Origin: Leucoraja ocellata
Lineage: Eukaryota
Length of the DNA: 64,000 nucleotides
Direction: 5' to 3'
NCBI GenBank assembly: GCA_036785375.1
Contig: JAWMAR010002394.1
Coordinates: forward strand, 1-64,000
The notes beneath the pieces were generated by a model that did not search any database, was not told the origin of the DNA, and was given only the letters and a program-made list of their open reading frames with translations. The position numbers and the translations under genes are program-made. Shown here in pieces: positions 11,238 to 24,861 of the stretch (positions are counted from its first letter, which is position 1; every line of letters starts with the position of its first letter).

Positions 11238-14200
11238 AAATTAAATCGAGCGCGGGGCTTGCTTTCACAGAGGCCCGGGAACCGTTGGAGCGAGTGGAGG
11301 AGGGTCAGGGCTTTTACCGAAATATGTTCCGTTCCACACCCCATAGGGATGGTTCTGGTGGAAACCGCTGATTGGGTGCAACCTCAGGTTAGCATTTCTG
11401 CTTTCTGGTTAAAAGTACAGTGCTTTAGAAAAGGTACAGTGAGCTAAGAGTACAGTGGGCTAAAGGTACAGTGCTTTAGTAAAGGTACAGTGAGCTAAAG
11501 GTACAGTGGGCTAAAGGTACAGTGCTTTAGTAAAGGTGCAGTGAGCCAAGGGTACAGTGGGTTAAAGGTGCAGTGCTTTAGTAAAGGTGCAGTGAGCCAA
11601 GGGTACAGTGGGCTAAAGGTACAGTGCTTTAGAAAAGGTACAGTGAGCCAAGGGTACAGTGCTTTAGTAAAGGTACAGTGAGCTAAGGGTACAGTGCTTT
11701 AGTAAAGGTACAGTGATTTTTGTTTATATAATAAAGGTGCAGTTTAAAGGTCACAAGGGAGCAGCTGTTGTGAGTCAGATACCTGCTGATTTCTCCCAAC
11801 AGTTTCTATTGTATTATACTTGTATCAGATCCAGGGTATGGTGGGAGAATGACAGTCAGAGCAGTGTACTGTTCTGGATGTCAGATGTTGGACGTCATGA
11901 TGTCGGATGGCCCTCCATACGTCCACATCTGCACCAGGTGCAGCGAGATTTGGCTCCTAAGGGACCGTATTAGGATCCTGGAGCAGCAGCTCGATGACCT
12001 CTGTCTGATCAGGGAGAGTGAGGAGGTCATAGAGGGGAGTGATAGGGAGGTGGTCACTCCAAATCCACGGGAGAGAGACATGTGGGTCACGTTAAGGAAG
12101 GGCAAGGGGCAGAGGCAGGGACGAGTGAGTACTCCAATGTCGGTACACCTTGCAAAGAAGTACTCCTGTTTGAGTACTGATGGGGGTGACAGCTTACGCG
12201 GGGGTAATGACAGCGGACGGGCCTCCAGCACAGAGAACGGCCCTGTTGCTCCGAAAGGTAGGGACAAAAAGAAGAGGGCAATAGTAATTGGGGACTCTAT
12301 TGTTAGGGGGTCGGATAGGCGATTATGTGGACGCAGTCGGGAGACCAGGATGGTGGTCTGCCTCCCAGGTGCCAAGGTCTCGGACGTGTCTCAACACATC
12401 CAAGATATCCTGAAATCAGAGAGAGAGGAGCTTGAGGTCGTGGTGCATATAGGTACCAATGACATAGGTAAAAAAAGGGAAGAGGTTCTGAAGGGAGGAT
12501 TTAGGGAGTTGGGAGGAGAGTTATGAAAAATGACCAAAAAGGTAACAATCTCAGGATTACTGCCTGCGCCACGCGACAGTGAGAGTAGGAATGGAGCGAG
12601 GTGGAGGATAAATGCGTGGCTGAAAGACTGGTGCAGAGGGCAGGGATTCAAGTTTCTGGATCATTTGGGACTTCTTTTGGGGAAGGTGGGACCTGTACAG
12701 AAAGGATGGGTTGCACTTGAACCCGAGGGGGACCAATATCCTGGCGGGGAAATTTGCAAAGGCTACTGGGGAGGCTTTAAACTAGAATGGTTGGGGCGAG
12801 GGACTCAAATAGAGAAAGCTAGTAGACAGAATGGGAGGCAGGAAGCAGAAAAGGGAAGCACTCGGACACAAGAGGAGAAAGAATAAAAAGGAAATAAACA
12901 GAGAATAAGAGAGGGTGGGTTTCTTAAATGTGTATATTTTAATGCTACGATCATTGTAAGAAAGGTGGATGAGCTTAGAGTCTGGATAGACAACTGGAAG
13001 TATGATGTTGTGGCGATCAGTGAAACGTGGTTGCAGGAGGGCTGTGATTGGAAACTAAATATTCCAGGATTTTGTTGCTTCAGGTGTGATAGAATTGGAG
13101 GGGCAAGAGGTGGAGGTGTTGCATTGCTAGTCAGGGAAGATATTACAGCAGTGCTTTGGCAGGATAGATTGGAGGGCTCATCTAGGGAGGCTATTTGGGT
13201 GGAATTGAAAAGTGGGAAAGGTGTAGCAACACTTATAGGGGTATATTATAGACCGCCAAATGGGAATCGAGAATTGGAAGAGCAAATATGTAAGGAGATA
13301 GCAGATATTAGTAGTAAGCACAAGGTAGTGATTGTGGGAGATTTTAACTTTCCACACATAGACTGGGAAACACATTCTGTAAATGGGCTGGATGCGTTGG
13401 AGTTTGTAAAATGTGTGCAGGATAGTTTTAATAGCAGCAATACATAGAGGTACATACTAGAGGAGGGGCAGTGCTGGACCTCCTGTTAGGAAATGAGACG
13501 GGACAGGTGGCGGAGGTATGCATTGGGGAGCACTTCGGGTCCAGTGATCACAATACCATTAGTTTCAATATAATTATGGAGAGGGTCAGAACTGGACCTA
13601 GGGTTGAGATTTTTGATTGGAGAAAGGCTAACTTTGATGAGATGCGAAATGATTTAACAGGAGTGAACTGGGACATTTTGTTTTATGGGAAGGATGTGGA
13701 AAAGAAATGGACGACATTTAAAGGTGAAATTTTAAGAGTACAGAATCTTTATGTCTCTGTTCGGTTGAAAGGAAACAGTAAAAATTGGAAAGAGCTCTAG
13801 TTTTCAAGGGAAATTGGACATCTTGTTCGGAAAAAGAGGGAGATCTACAATAATTATAGGCAGTATGAAGTAAATGAGGTGTTTGAAGAGTATAAGGAAT
13901 GTAAAACGAATATTAAGAAATAAATTAGAAAAGCTAAAAGAAGATATGAGGTTGCTTTGGCAATTAAGGTGAAAGTAAATCCAAAGGGTTTCTACAGCTA
14001 TATTAATAGCAAAAGGATAATGAGGGATAAAATTGGTCCATTTTTTTTCTTCGGTATTCACCAAGGAGAAGGATATTGAATTATGTGAGGTAAGGGAAAC
14101 AAGTAGAGTAGCTATGGATACTATGAGTGTCAAAGTAAAAGAAGTACTGACACTTTTGAAAAATATAAAAGTGGATAAGTCTCCAGGTTCTGACAGGATA

Positions 14201-15838
14201 TTCCCGAGGACATTGAGGGAAGTTCAATATGATCAGCCATGATCATATTGAATGGCGGTGCAGGCTCGAAGGGCCGAATGGCCTACTCCTGCACCTAATT
14301 TGTATGTTTCAAAGTTAGTGTAGAAATAGCCGGGGCTATGACAGAAATATTTCAAATGTCATTAGAAACGGGAATAGTCCCCGAGGATTGGCGCACTGCG
14401 CATGTTGTTCCATTGTTCAAAATGGGTTCTAAGAGTAAACCTAGCAATTATAGACATGTTAGTTTGACTTCAGTGGTGGGCAAATTAATGGAAAAGATAC
14501 TTAGAGATAATATATATAAGCATCTGTATAAACAGGGTCTGATTGGGTACAGTCAACATGGATTTTTACCTGGAAGGTCATGTTTGACTAATCTTCTTGA
14601 ATTATTTGAAGAGGTTACTAGGGAAATTGAAAGCAGTGGATGTTGTCTATATGGACTTTAGTAAGGCATTTGACAAGGTTCCTCATGCAAGGTTGGTTAA
14701 GAAGGTTCAACTGTTGGGTATAAATGCAGGAATAGCAAGATGGATTCAACAGTGGCTGAATGGGAGAAGCCAGAGGGTAATGGTGGATGGCTGTTTATCG
14801 GGTTGGAGGCAGGTGACTGGTGGGGTGCCTCAGGGATCTCTGTTGGGTCCTTTGTTGTTTGTCATATACATCAATGATCTGGATGAAGGTGTGGTAAATT
14901 GGATTAGTAAGTATGCAGATGATACCAAGATAGGGTGTGTTGTGGATAATGAAGAGGATTTCCAAAGACTACAGAGTGATTTAGGCAATTTGGAAGAATG
15001 GGCTGAAAGATGGCAGATGGAGTTTAATGCTGATAAATGTGAGGTGCTACACCTTGGCAGGACAAATCAAAATAGGACGTGCATGGTAAATGGTAGGGAA
15101 TTGAAGAATACAGTTGAACAGAGGGATCTGGGAATAACCGTGCATAGTTCATTGAAGGTGGAATCTCATATAGATAGGGTGGTAAAGAAAGCTTTTGGTA
15201 TGCTAGCCTTTATAAATCAGAGCATTGAGTATAGAAGCTGGGATGTAGTGTTAAAATTGTACAAGGCATTGGTGAGACCAGATCTGGAGTATGGTGTGAA
15301 ATATTGGTCGCCCAATTATAGGAAGGATGTCAACAAAATAGAGAGAGTACAGACAAGATTTACTAGAATGTTGCCTGGGTTTCAACAACTAAGTTACAGA
15401 GAAAGGTTGAATAAGTTAGGTCTATATTCTCTGGAGTGCAGAAGGTTAAGGGGAGACTTGATATAGGTCTTTAAAATGATGAGAGGGATAGACAGTGTTG
15501 ATGTGAATCAGCTTTTCCCCTTGAGAATAGGGAAGATTCAAACAAGAGGACATGACTTTAGAATTAAGGGACAGAATGTTAGGGGTAACATGAGGGGTAA
15601 CTTCTTTACTCAGAGAGTGGTAGCGGTGTGGAATGAGCTTCCATTGGAAGTGGTGGAGGCAGGTTCGTTGGTATCATTTAAAAATAAATTGGATAGGCAT
15701 ATGGATGGGAAGATAATGGAGGGTTATGGTATAAGTGCGGGCAGGTGGGACTAAGGGAAAAATGTTTTTCGGCACGTACTTGTAGGGCCGAGATGGCCTG
15801 TTTCCGTGCTGTAATTGTCATATGGTTATTTGGTTATA
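11238..15838 (+). mobile_element. Full-length decayed CR1 LINE (ORF1 zinc-finger/esterase + ORF2 APE-RT)
   Basis: ORF1 11849-12526 has CxxC..CxxC, VIGDSIVRG and HIGTND. Endonuclease 12965-13447 (ISETW, GDFN); RT 14597-15466 (YADDT). 5'UTR short tandem repeats 11410-11715. Apparent TSD ATGTT; empty site visible in paralogues at ~5137 and ~48330. Confidence 0.92.
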
Positions 15839-16037
15839 TGTTGGCTGGTGTGGGGAAAGTGGGTCTAAAGATCCTGTTTCCACGCTGTATCACTCCATGA
15901 CTCTATGACTAGGAGCTGTGTGGACACATACTTTACAAGAACATTAATAACAATAATGTAGTCAAGTGTGTTCAATACTATTTATGTTTTTGTGCCTGTA
16001 CATGTGGTATAATAATGTATCTATTTTATTTTCACAG

Positions 16038-16220
16038 ACCATAAGTGTTGAACTCCCTACATATTTGAATCAACTCATCCAACAGATCAAACCATGAAAA
16101 GCAAACTCATTACTGAATCAACATTAGCTCAGTCAGCTGTGCTGATACTGTTGTGGGCCATTTGGGATAATGTAATTTGTGAAATCTTACACTCATTAAA
16201 ACTCCACATTGCCTTCTTGT
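16038..16220 (+). other. Copy 2 of putative 3'UTR exon
   Basis: Acceptor AG 16036-16037, ATTAAA 16195-16200; near-identical to 5337-5520. Confidence 0.45.
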
Positions 16221-16582
16221 TTGTTCGTTCCTGACAACAACAGATTCAAGTCAGAGTGGTTGCATTTCAAACGCAGACCAATACACAATAGACAATAGAC
16301 AATATTTGGTCTACAGTGTACAAGCCCAGCCGCTCCATTCTCTCAGCATATGACAGTCCCGCATTCCCGAGAATTAACTTTGTAAACCTATGTTGCACTC
16401 CCTCAATAGCACGAATGTCCCTCCTCAAATTAGGGGACCAAAACTGCACACAAAACTACTCCACGTGTGGTCTCACTAAGGCCCCATACATCTGCAGAAG
16501 GACCTCTTTGCTCCTATACTCAACTACTCTTGTTATGAAGGCCAATTCGCTTTCTTCACTGCCTGCTGTGCCTGCATGCTTA

Positions 16583-19500
16583 GAAACATAGAAACATAGA
16601 AATTAGGTGCAGGAGTAGGCCATTCGGCCCTTCGAGCCTGCACCGCCATTTAATATGATCATGGCTGATCATCCAACTCAGTATCCCGTACCTGCCTTTT
16701 CTCCATACCCTCTGATCCCCTTGGCCACAAGGGCCACATCTAACTCCCTCTTAAATATAGCCAATGAACTGGCCTCAACTACCCTCTGTGGCAGAGAGTT
16801 CCAGAGATTCACCACTCTCTGTGTGAAAAAAGTTCTCCTCATCTCGGTTTTAAAGGATTTCCCCCTTATCCTTAAGCTGTGACCCCTTGTCCTGGACTTC
16901 CCCAACATCGGAAACAATCTTCCTGCATCTAGCCTGTCCAACCCCTTAAGAATTTTGTAAGTTTCTATAAGATCCCCTCTCAATCTCCTAAACTCTAGAG
17001 AGTATAAACCAAGTCTATCCAGTCTTTCTTTATAAGACAGTCCTGACATCCCAGGAATCAGTCTGGTGAAACTTCTCTGCACTCCCTCTATGGCAATAAT
17101 GTCCTTCCTCAGATTTGGAGACCAAAACTGCACGCAATACTCCAGGTGTGGTCTCACCAAGACCCTATAGAACTGCAGTAGAACCTCCCTGCTCCTATAC
17201 TCAAATCCTCTTGCTATGAAAGCCAACATGCCATTCGCTTTCTTTACTGCCTGCTGCACCTGCATGCCTACCTTCAATGACTGGTGTACCATGACACCCA
17301 GGTCTCGCTGCATCTCCCCCTTTCCCAATCGGCCACCGTTTAGATAATAATCTGCTTTCCCGTTTTTGCCACCAAAATGGATAACCTCACATTTATCCAC
17401 ATTAAACTGCATCTGCCAAACATTTGCCCACTCACCCAGCCTATCCAAGTCACCTTGCAGTCTCCTAGCATCCTCCTCACACCTAACACTGCCCCCCAGC
17501 TTAGTGTCATCCGCAAACTTGGAGATATTGCCTTCAATTCCCTCATCCAGATCATTAATATATATTGTAAATAGCTGGGGTCCCAGTACTGAGCCTTGCG
17601 GTACCCCACTAGTCACTGCCTGCCATTGTGAAAAGGACCCGTTTACTCCTACTCTTTGCTTCCTGTTTGCCAGCCAGTTCTCTATCCACATCAATACTGA
17701 ACCCCCAATGCCATGTGCTTTAAGTTTGTATACTAATCTCTTATGTGGGACCTTGTCGAAAGCCTTCTGGAAGTCCAGATACACCACATCCACTGGTTCT
17801 CCCCTATCCACGCTACTAGTTACATCCTCGAAAAATTCTATAAGATTCGTCAGACATGATTTACCTTTCGTAAATCCATGCTGACTTTGTCCAATGATTT
17901 CACCACTTTCTAAATGTGCTGCTATCCCATCTTTAATAACTGACTCTAGCAGTTTCCCCACTACCGATGTTAGGCTAACTGGTCTGTAATTCCCCGTTTT
18001 CTCTCTCCCTCCCTTCTTAAAAAATGGGGTTACGTTTGCTACCCGCCAATCCTCTGGAACTACTCCAGAATCTAAGGAGTTTTGAAATATTATTACTAAT
18101 GCATCCACTATTTCTGGAGCTACTTCCTTAAGTACTCTGGGATGCAGCCTATCTGGCCCTGGGGATTTATCGGCCTTTAATCCATTCAATTTACCCAACA
18201 CCACTTCCCGACTAACCTGGATTTCACTCAATTCCTCCACCTCATTTGACCCCGCGGGCCCCTGCTATTTCCGGCAGATCATTTATGTCTTCCTTAGTGA
18301 AGACGGAACCAAAGTAGTTATTCAATTGGTCCGCCATATCCTGGTTCCCCATGATCAACTCACCTGTTTCTGACTGCAAGGGACCTACATTTGTTTTAAC
18401 TAATCTCTTTCTTTTCACATATCTATAAAAACTTTTGCAGTCAGATTTTATGTTCACTGCCAGTTTTCTTTCATAATCCATTTTTCCTTTTCTAATTAAG
18501 CCCTTCGTCCTCCTCTGCTGGTCTCTGAATTTCTCCCAGTCCTCCGGTATGCTGCTTTTTCTGGCTAGTTTGTACGCATCATCCTTTGCTTTGATACTAT
18601 CCCTGATTTCCCTTGTTATCCATGGATGCACTACCTTCCCTGATTTATTCTTTTGCCAAACTGGGATGAACAATTTTTGTAGTTCATCCATGCAGTCTTT
18701 AAATGCCTTCCATTGCATATCCACCGTCAACCCTTTTAGAATTAATTGCCAGTCAATCTTGGCCAATTCACGTCTTATACCCTCAAAGTTACCTTTCTTT
18801 AAGTTCAAAACCATTGTTTCTGAATTAACAATGTCACTCTCCATCCTAATGAAGAACTCAACCATATTATGGTCACTCTTGCCCAAGGGGCCACACACAA
18901 CAAGACTACTAACTAACCCTTCCTCATTACTCAATACCCAGTCTAAAATAGCCAGCTCTCTCGTTGGTTCCTCTACATGTTGATTTAGATAACTATCCCG
19001 TATACATTCCAAGAAATCCTCTTCCTCAGCACCCCTGCCAGTTTGATTCACCCAATCTATATGTAGATTGAAGTCACCCATTATAACTGCTTTGCCTTTG
19101 TCGCAAGCATTTCTAATTTCCTGTTTGATGCCATCCCCAACTTCACTACTACTGTTAGGTGGCCTGTACACAACACCCACCAGCGTTTTCTGCCCCTTAT
19201 TGTTTCGCAGCTCTACCCATACCGATTCCACATCCTCCAAACTAATGTCCTTCCTTTCCATTGCGTTAATCTCCTCTCTAACCAGCAACACTACCCCACC
19301 TCCTTTTCCTTTCTCTCTATCCCTCCTGAATATTGAATATCCCGGGATGTTCAGCTCCCAGCCTTGGTCACCCTGGAGCCATGTCTCCGTGATCCCAACT
19401 ATATCATAATCATTAATGGCTATCTGCACGTTCAACTCATCCACCTTATTACGAATACTCCTTGCATTGAGACACAAAGCCTTCAGGCTTGTTTTTACAA

Positions 19501-19671
19501 CGCTCTTACCCCTTATACAATTATGTTGAAAAGTGGCCCTTTTTGATTTTTGCCCTGGTTTTGTCTGCCTGCCACTTTTACTTTTCACCTTGCTACCTAT
19601 TGCTTCTACCTTCATTTTACACCCCCCTGCCCCTCTGCTCTTGTACCCATCCCCCTGCCACATTAGTTTAA
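16583..19671 (-). mobile_element. Young CR1 LINE, complete ORF2 with one frameshift (~18250), lacks ORF1
   Basis: ORFs 18242-19663 (APE) and 16678-18240 (RT); (TTTCTATG)n tail on the element strand; TSD ATGCTTA at 16576-16582 and 19709-19715. Nearly identical to 59405-62480. Confidence 0.95.
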
Positions 19672-22056
19672 ATCCTCCCTTATTTTATGATATATTATCA
19701 TATATTATATGCTTATTTTCATTGACTGATGAACAAGGACCCCCCAGATCTGGTTATACTTCCCCTTTTCCAAAATTGACACCATTCAGATAATAACCTG
19801 CCTTCCTGTTCTCGCCACCAATGTGGATAACCTCACATTTATCCATATTAAACTGACCTGCCATGCATCTGCCCACTCCCCCAACCTGCCCAAGTCACCC
19901 TGCATCATCATAGCATCCTCCTCACAGTTCACAGAGCCAATCAGCTTTGTGTCATCTGTAAATGTGTTAATGCTACTTTGAATCCCTTCATCTAAAGCAT
20001 TGATGTATATTGTAAATAGCTACAGTCAACATTTTCCCCAGAGATGCTGCCTGACCCGCTGAGTTACTCCAGCTTTTCGTATCAGCTTTTTCGGACATGG
20101 ACTGATGGATCTCCCGGTTGCAAACCATTTTAACTCTCCTTCCCATTCCCACACCGACCCCCTCTGCCCTGGGTCCCCATTGCCTGAGCGAGGCCATTGG
20201 GGAAACGGAACTTGATAGTCCATCTGGACAGCTTAGAACCCAATATTTTCCAATGTCAGGTAAATCATCTGTAACCCCCTCCCTCCCTTCCCCCACTCTT
20301 CCATGTGCCAAAGCTGGATATGCACCCATTTCCCTTGCCCGCCCCTTCCGCCTTTCTTCCTTCCTCTGGTTCCGCAATCATATTATCCATTCACACCTCT
20401 AATTCCCTCATGGAATGCCTAATTGTATCAACTTCCCTTACCCTTTCACGCTGCGAGTTTCAGATCCATGTGACACACTATTGCACCTGTATACGATTTG
20501 TATAGATTGTATCATGTGTGGTGGAGAGGTTCACGTGTCGCATGAACACTCATATAATATTTAAACATACACAGTGTAATAGACCATAGACAATAGGTGC
20601 AGGAGGAGGCCATTCGGCCCTTCGAGCCAGCACCGCCATTTAATGTGATCATGACTGATCATCCCCAATCAGTATCCCGTTCCTGCCTTCTCACCATATC
20701 CTCTGACTCCGCTATCTTTAAGAGCCCTATCTAGCTCTCTCCTGAAAGTATCCAGAGAACCGGACTACACCGCCCTCTGAGGCAGAGAGTTCCACAGACT
20801 CACAACTCTCTATGTGAAGAAGTGTTTCCTCATCACCGTTCTAAATGTCTTATTCTTAATATTAATATTAGTAACAAAGCGATGGCTGCCAAGTGAAGTC
20901 TAGCTCTGTTGTCCAGATCAGCGTTGATTGTTCGGCCCAGAACTTCCCACATCGACCCCTCTGCCCTGAGTCTCCTCCATTGCCTGAGTGAGGCCATTGG
21001 AGAAACTGGACCTCATTCTCCATCTCGGTAGCTTAGAACCCGATATTGAACTGTGAATTTTCTAATGTCAGATCACGCCAGTTCAGGCGACAGTTCGAGC
21101 TCGACAAACGAATCTTCGACACCAAGGTGTCTCGGCCACAAGATGGCGCCACAATGGTGTGATTTGACAGAGATTGTTACAGGTTGTAATAATAGTCCAA
21201 TAATTACACTTTGTTAATAGGATCTTGTTCATGTTCTTTATATAATGACAACAATTTATCGCTGAATGATGTGCGCTGGAAAGTTATTAAAAGTTCTGCT
21301 GTATCCGAAACTGTAATGAGTCTCTTCTGTTACACGGATGTCCATTCTACCGGTAAATACACGTATGTGTCTCATAAGGTCATAAGGACATGTGATAGGC
21401 GCAGAATTAGGCCATTTCGTCCATCAAGTCTACTCCACCATTCAATCATGGCTTATCTATATCTCCCTCCTAACCCCATTCCCCTGCCTTCTCCCCATTC
21501 CTCTAACACCTGTACTAATCAATAATCTATCTATTTTTGCCTTACAAATATCCACTGATTTGACATCCACAACCTTCTGTGGCAAATAATTCCACAGATT
21601 CACCACCCTCTGACTAAATAAATTCATCCCCATCTCCTTCCGTAAAGAACCTCCTTTAATTCAAAGGCTATGACCTCGAGTCCTAGACTCTCTAATTAGT
21701 GGAATAATCCTCTCCACATCCACTCTATCCAAGCCTTTCACTATTCAGTAAATTTCAATGAGATATCCTCTCATCCTTCTAAATTCCTGCTGTTACAGGC
21801 CCAGTGCCGTCAAACGCTCATCATATGTTAACCCACTCAATACTGGGATCATTCTTGTAAATCTCCTCTGGGCCCTCTCCAGAGCCAGCACATCCTTCCT
21901 CAGATATTGGTCTTGTAGAATCCTACAGCTCCTCTCCTTGGCGTTCACTGCAACCCGATCTCAGATAAAACATTTCCAATCTCCGCAATGTGTTAACAAA
22001 TAATCTGAAATAGTGTTTGAAATTAACCCAAGGAATATACACAAGTAAAGAAACGC

Positions 22057-22325
22057 AGGTTCGATCCCCACTACGGGTACTGTCTGTGCCGAGTTTGTTC
22101 GTTCTCCTCGGGACCTGGTCAGGATGGCTCCGACATCTTCAGTTTCATCCCACACTCCCATGACATACAGGTTTGTAGGTTAATTGGCTCAGTATTTCTG
22201 TAAATTGTCCCCAGTGTGTGTAGTGTAGTGTTAATGTGCGGGGATCGCTGGTCGGTACCGACACGGTGGGCCGAAGGGTCTGTTTCCGCGCTGTTCTCTA
22301 AACCCAACTAAACTGAACGAAACTA
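22057..22325 (+). mobile_element. V-SINE copy with (AACT[A/G])n tail
   Basis: GGTTCGATCCC box and the same core as 7075-7308. Confidence 0.7.
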
Positions 22326-23256
22326 AAAATCATTGAAGCTCTGAATAGGTGACGTTTCTGGTCAGAACCCGTATTCAGACTTTGTGCCTATTTTTGTAAA
22401 CCAGCATTTGCAGTTCCTTGTTTCTACAATATATGCAGGTGTTTCTGCTGTAACTCGACATCTGCTTCTTGAAGCAACCTCGCCATTATGTCAATTGGAA
22501 ACGTGGGTTTGGGCTCGAGTGTTTCTGAACGTAACGCTTAACCCCCAGACAATTCTCCAAAACAATGAGGTTTTTCTTCATAGCTAAAATATATATATAT
22601 GTGTATTACTGCAAGCTAAAATACTAATGTTACATTGTTAAATTGAGTATTATTGCACAAGCGGTTGCTTGTACATTTCAATAGCTACTTGCAGCGAAAT
22701 CGACAGCCTGTGTTCTTCAGAAACAATTATCACTGATTGCTACAGGGAGGTTACATGGAAACAGTTTTTCGTTATCCCCGACTGTTTTCCACAAGGCCGG
22801 TTTTTATCCTGCATGTAAATTTGCATAATGGGTTTCAAATGGTTCTCAAGCATCAGTCGAGTCATGTCTCAATCGCGTTGTGCAAACACTGAAATAGCAG
22901 AAATTTCCTGCATTGTGAAACATTTCGGGGGATTTGCTACTGACATCAGTAGAAAGATCTTTCAATTTCAATGCATTGCTCCAACATTCCTAACCAATGA
23001 CCGTTCCAAAAAATGCATGGCCACGGATCAAACAGCAGGATTTCAGTGTTTAAGAAGGAACTGCAGATGCTGGAGAATCGAAGGTACACAAAAAAGCTGG
23101 AGAAACTCAGCGGGTGCAGCAGCATCTATGGAGCGAAGGAAATAGGCAACGTTTCGGGCCGAAACCCTTCTTCAGACTGATCGGGGGCGGGGGTGGGCGG
23201 GGACAAGAAAGGAAAAAGGAGGAGGGTTATCAGTTATCATTTTAGTTTATTCTCAC

Positions 23257-24020
23257 GTGAGGTTATCTACTTTGGTGGCAAAAACAGGAAAGTAGATTAT
23301 TATACACCAATCATTGAAAGTAGACATGCAGGTGCAGCAGGCAGTGAAGAAAGCGAATGGTATGTTAGCTTTCATAGCAAAAGGATTTGAGTATAGGAGC
23401 AGGGATGTTCTACTGCAGTTGTACAGGGTCTTGGTGAGACCACACCTGGAGTATTGCGTACAGTTTTGGTCTCTTAATCTGAGGAAAGACATTCTTGCCA
23501 GAGAGGGAGTACAGAGAAGGTTCACCAGACTGATTCCTGGGATGTCAGGACTTTCATATGAAGAAAGACTGGATAGACTCGGCTTGAACTCGCTAGAATT
23601 CAGAAGATTGAGGGGGGATCTTATAGAAACTTACAAAATTCTTAAGGGGTTGGACAGGCTAGATGCAGGAAGATTGTTCCCGATGTTGGGGAAGTCCAGA
23701 ACAAGGGGTCACAGTTTAAGGATAAGGGGGAAATCTATTAGGACCGAGATGAGGAAAACATTTTTCACACAGAGAGTGGTGAATCTCTGGAATTCTCTGC
23801 CGCGGAAGATTGTTTTGGCTATATTTAAGAGGGAATTAGATGTGGCCCTTGTGGCTAAAGGGATCAGGGGGTATGGAGAGAAGGCAGGTACAGGATACTG
23901 AGTTGGATGATCAGCCATGATCATATTGAATGGCGGTGCAGGCTCGAAGGGCCGAATGGCCTCCTCCTGCATCTATTTTCTATGTTTCTATGTCTATGTT
24001 TCTATGTCTATGTTTCTACG
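23257..24020 (+). mobile_element. CR1 LINE 3' fragment
   Basis: ORF 23314-23901 RT C-terminus; (TTTCTATG)n tail. Confidence 0.9.
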
Positions 24021-24833
24021 TGTACCGAGGTACAGCGAAAAGCTTTTGTTGCGTGCTAACCAGTCAGCGGAAAAACATAACATGATTACAATCACTGAAG
24101 AAGGGTCTCGACCCGAAACGTCGCCCATTCTTTCTCGCCAGAGATGCTGACTCACCCGCCGAGTTTCTCCAGCATTTTGTGTCTACCTGTGGGATAGAAC
24201 TAATGGACGGGGTGATCATTGGTCGGCGCGGACTCTGTGGGCCGAAGGGACTGTTTCCGCGCAGTTTCTCTAAAGCCACTAATGTCTAAAGACTCACTAA
24301 AACAGGTCACTGCATCTTATCAACTGTCCCAATTTCTGTAAAAGACCGCCATTGGCACTGACAGATTCTTATCCAGGGCTTGACCCGTGTCCCAGGTGAA
24401 GCAGCGATTCCCAGCATCTGTTCCGATCCAGAGTGTTCTAGTGCTCATAGAGACTTAGAGTGATACAGTGTGGAAACAGGCCCTTCGGCCCAACTAGTCC
24501 GTACCGACCAATATATCCCATACACTACATTCTATCCTTGTCCCGCCCCCTCCCATGACATCAGTCCGAAGAGTCTCGACCCAAAACTTCGCCCATTCCT
24601 TCTCTCCAGAGATGTTGCCTGTCCCGCTGAGTGACTCCAGCATTTTGTGTCTACCTTCGATTTAAACCAGCATCTGCAGTTCTTTCTTGCACATTTTGTC
24701 CGCTCCACTGCGAAATCTCCTCAAGGTGTGTCTACTTTGAAGAAGTACTCCTCCTCTCTCCGACGAGAGTACAGCAACATCCTCTCTCACTCCTACATTC
24801 TATCCTTGTCTCTCCCCCTCCCCTGACATCAGT

Positions 24834-24861
24834 CTGAAGAAGGGTCTCGACCCGAAACGTC
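24834..24861 (+). ncRNA. Minimal hammerhead ribozyme motif (Penelope-associated)
   Basis: CTGAAGA-A-GGGTC-TC-GACCC-GAAAC-GTC gives the CUGANGA core, a short stem II, GAAA and a GUC triplet. Same motif at 24095-24122. Confidence 0.65.
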
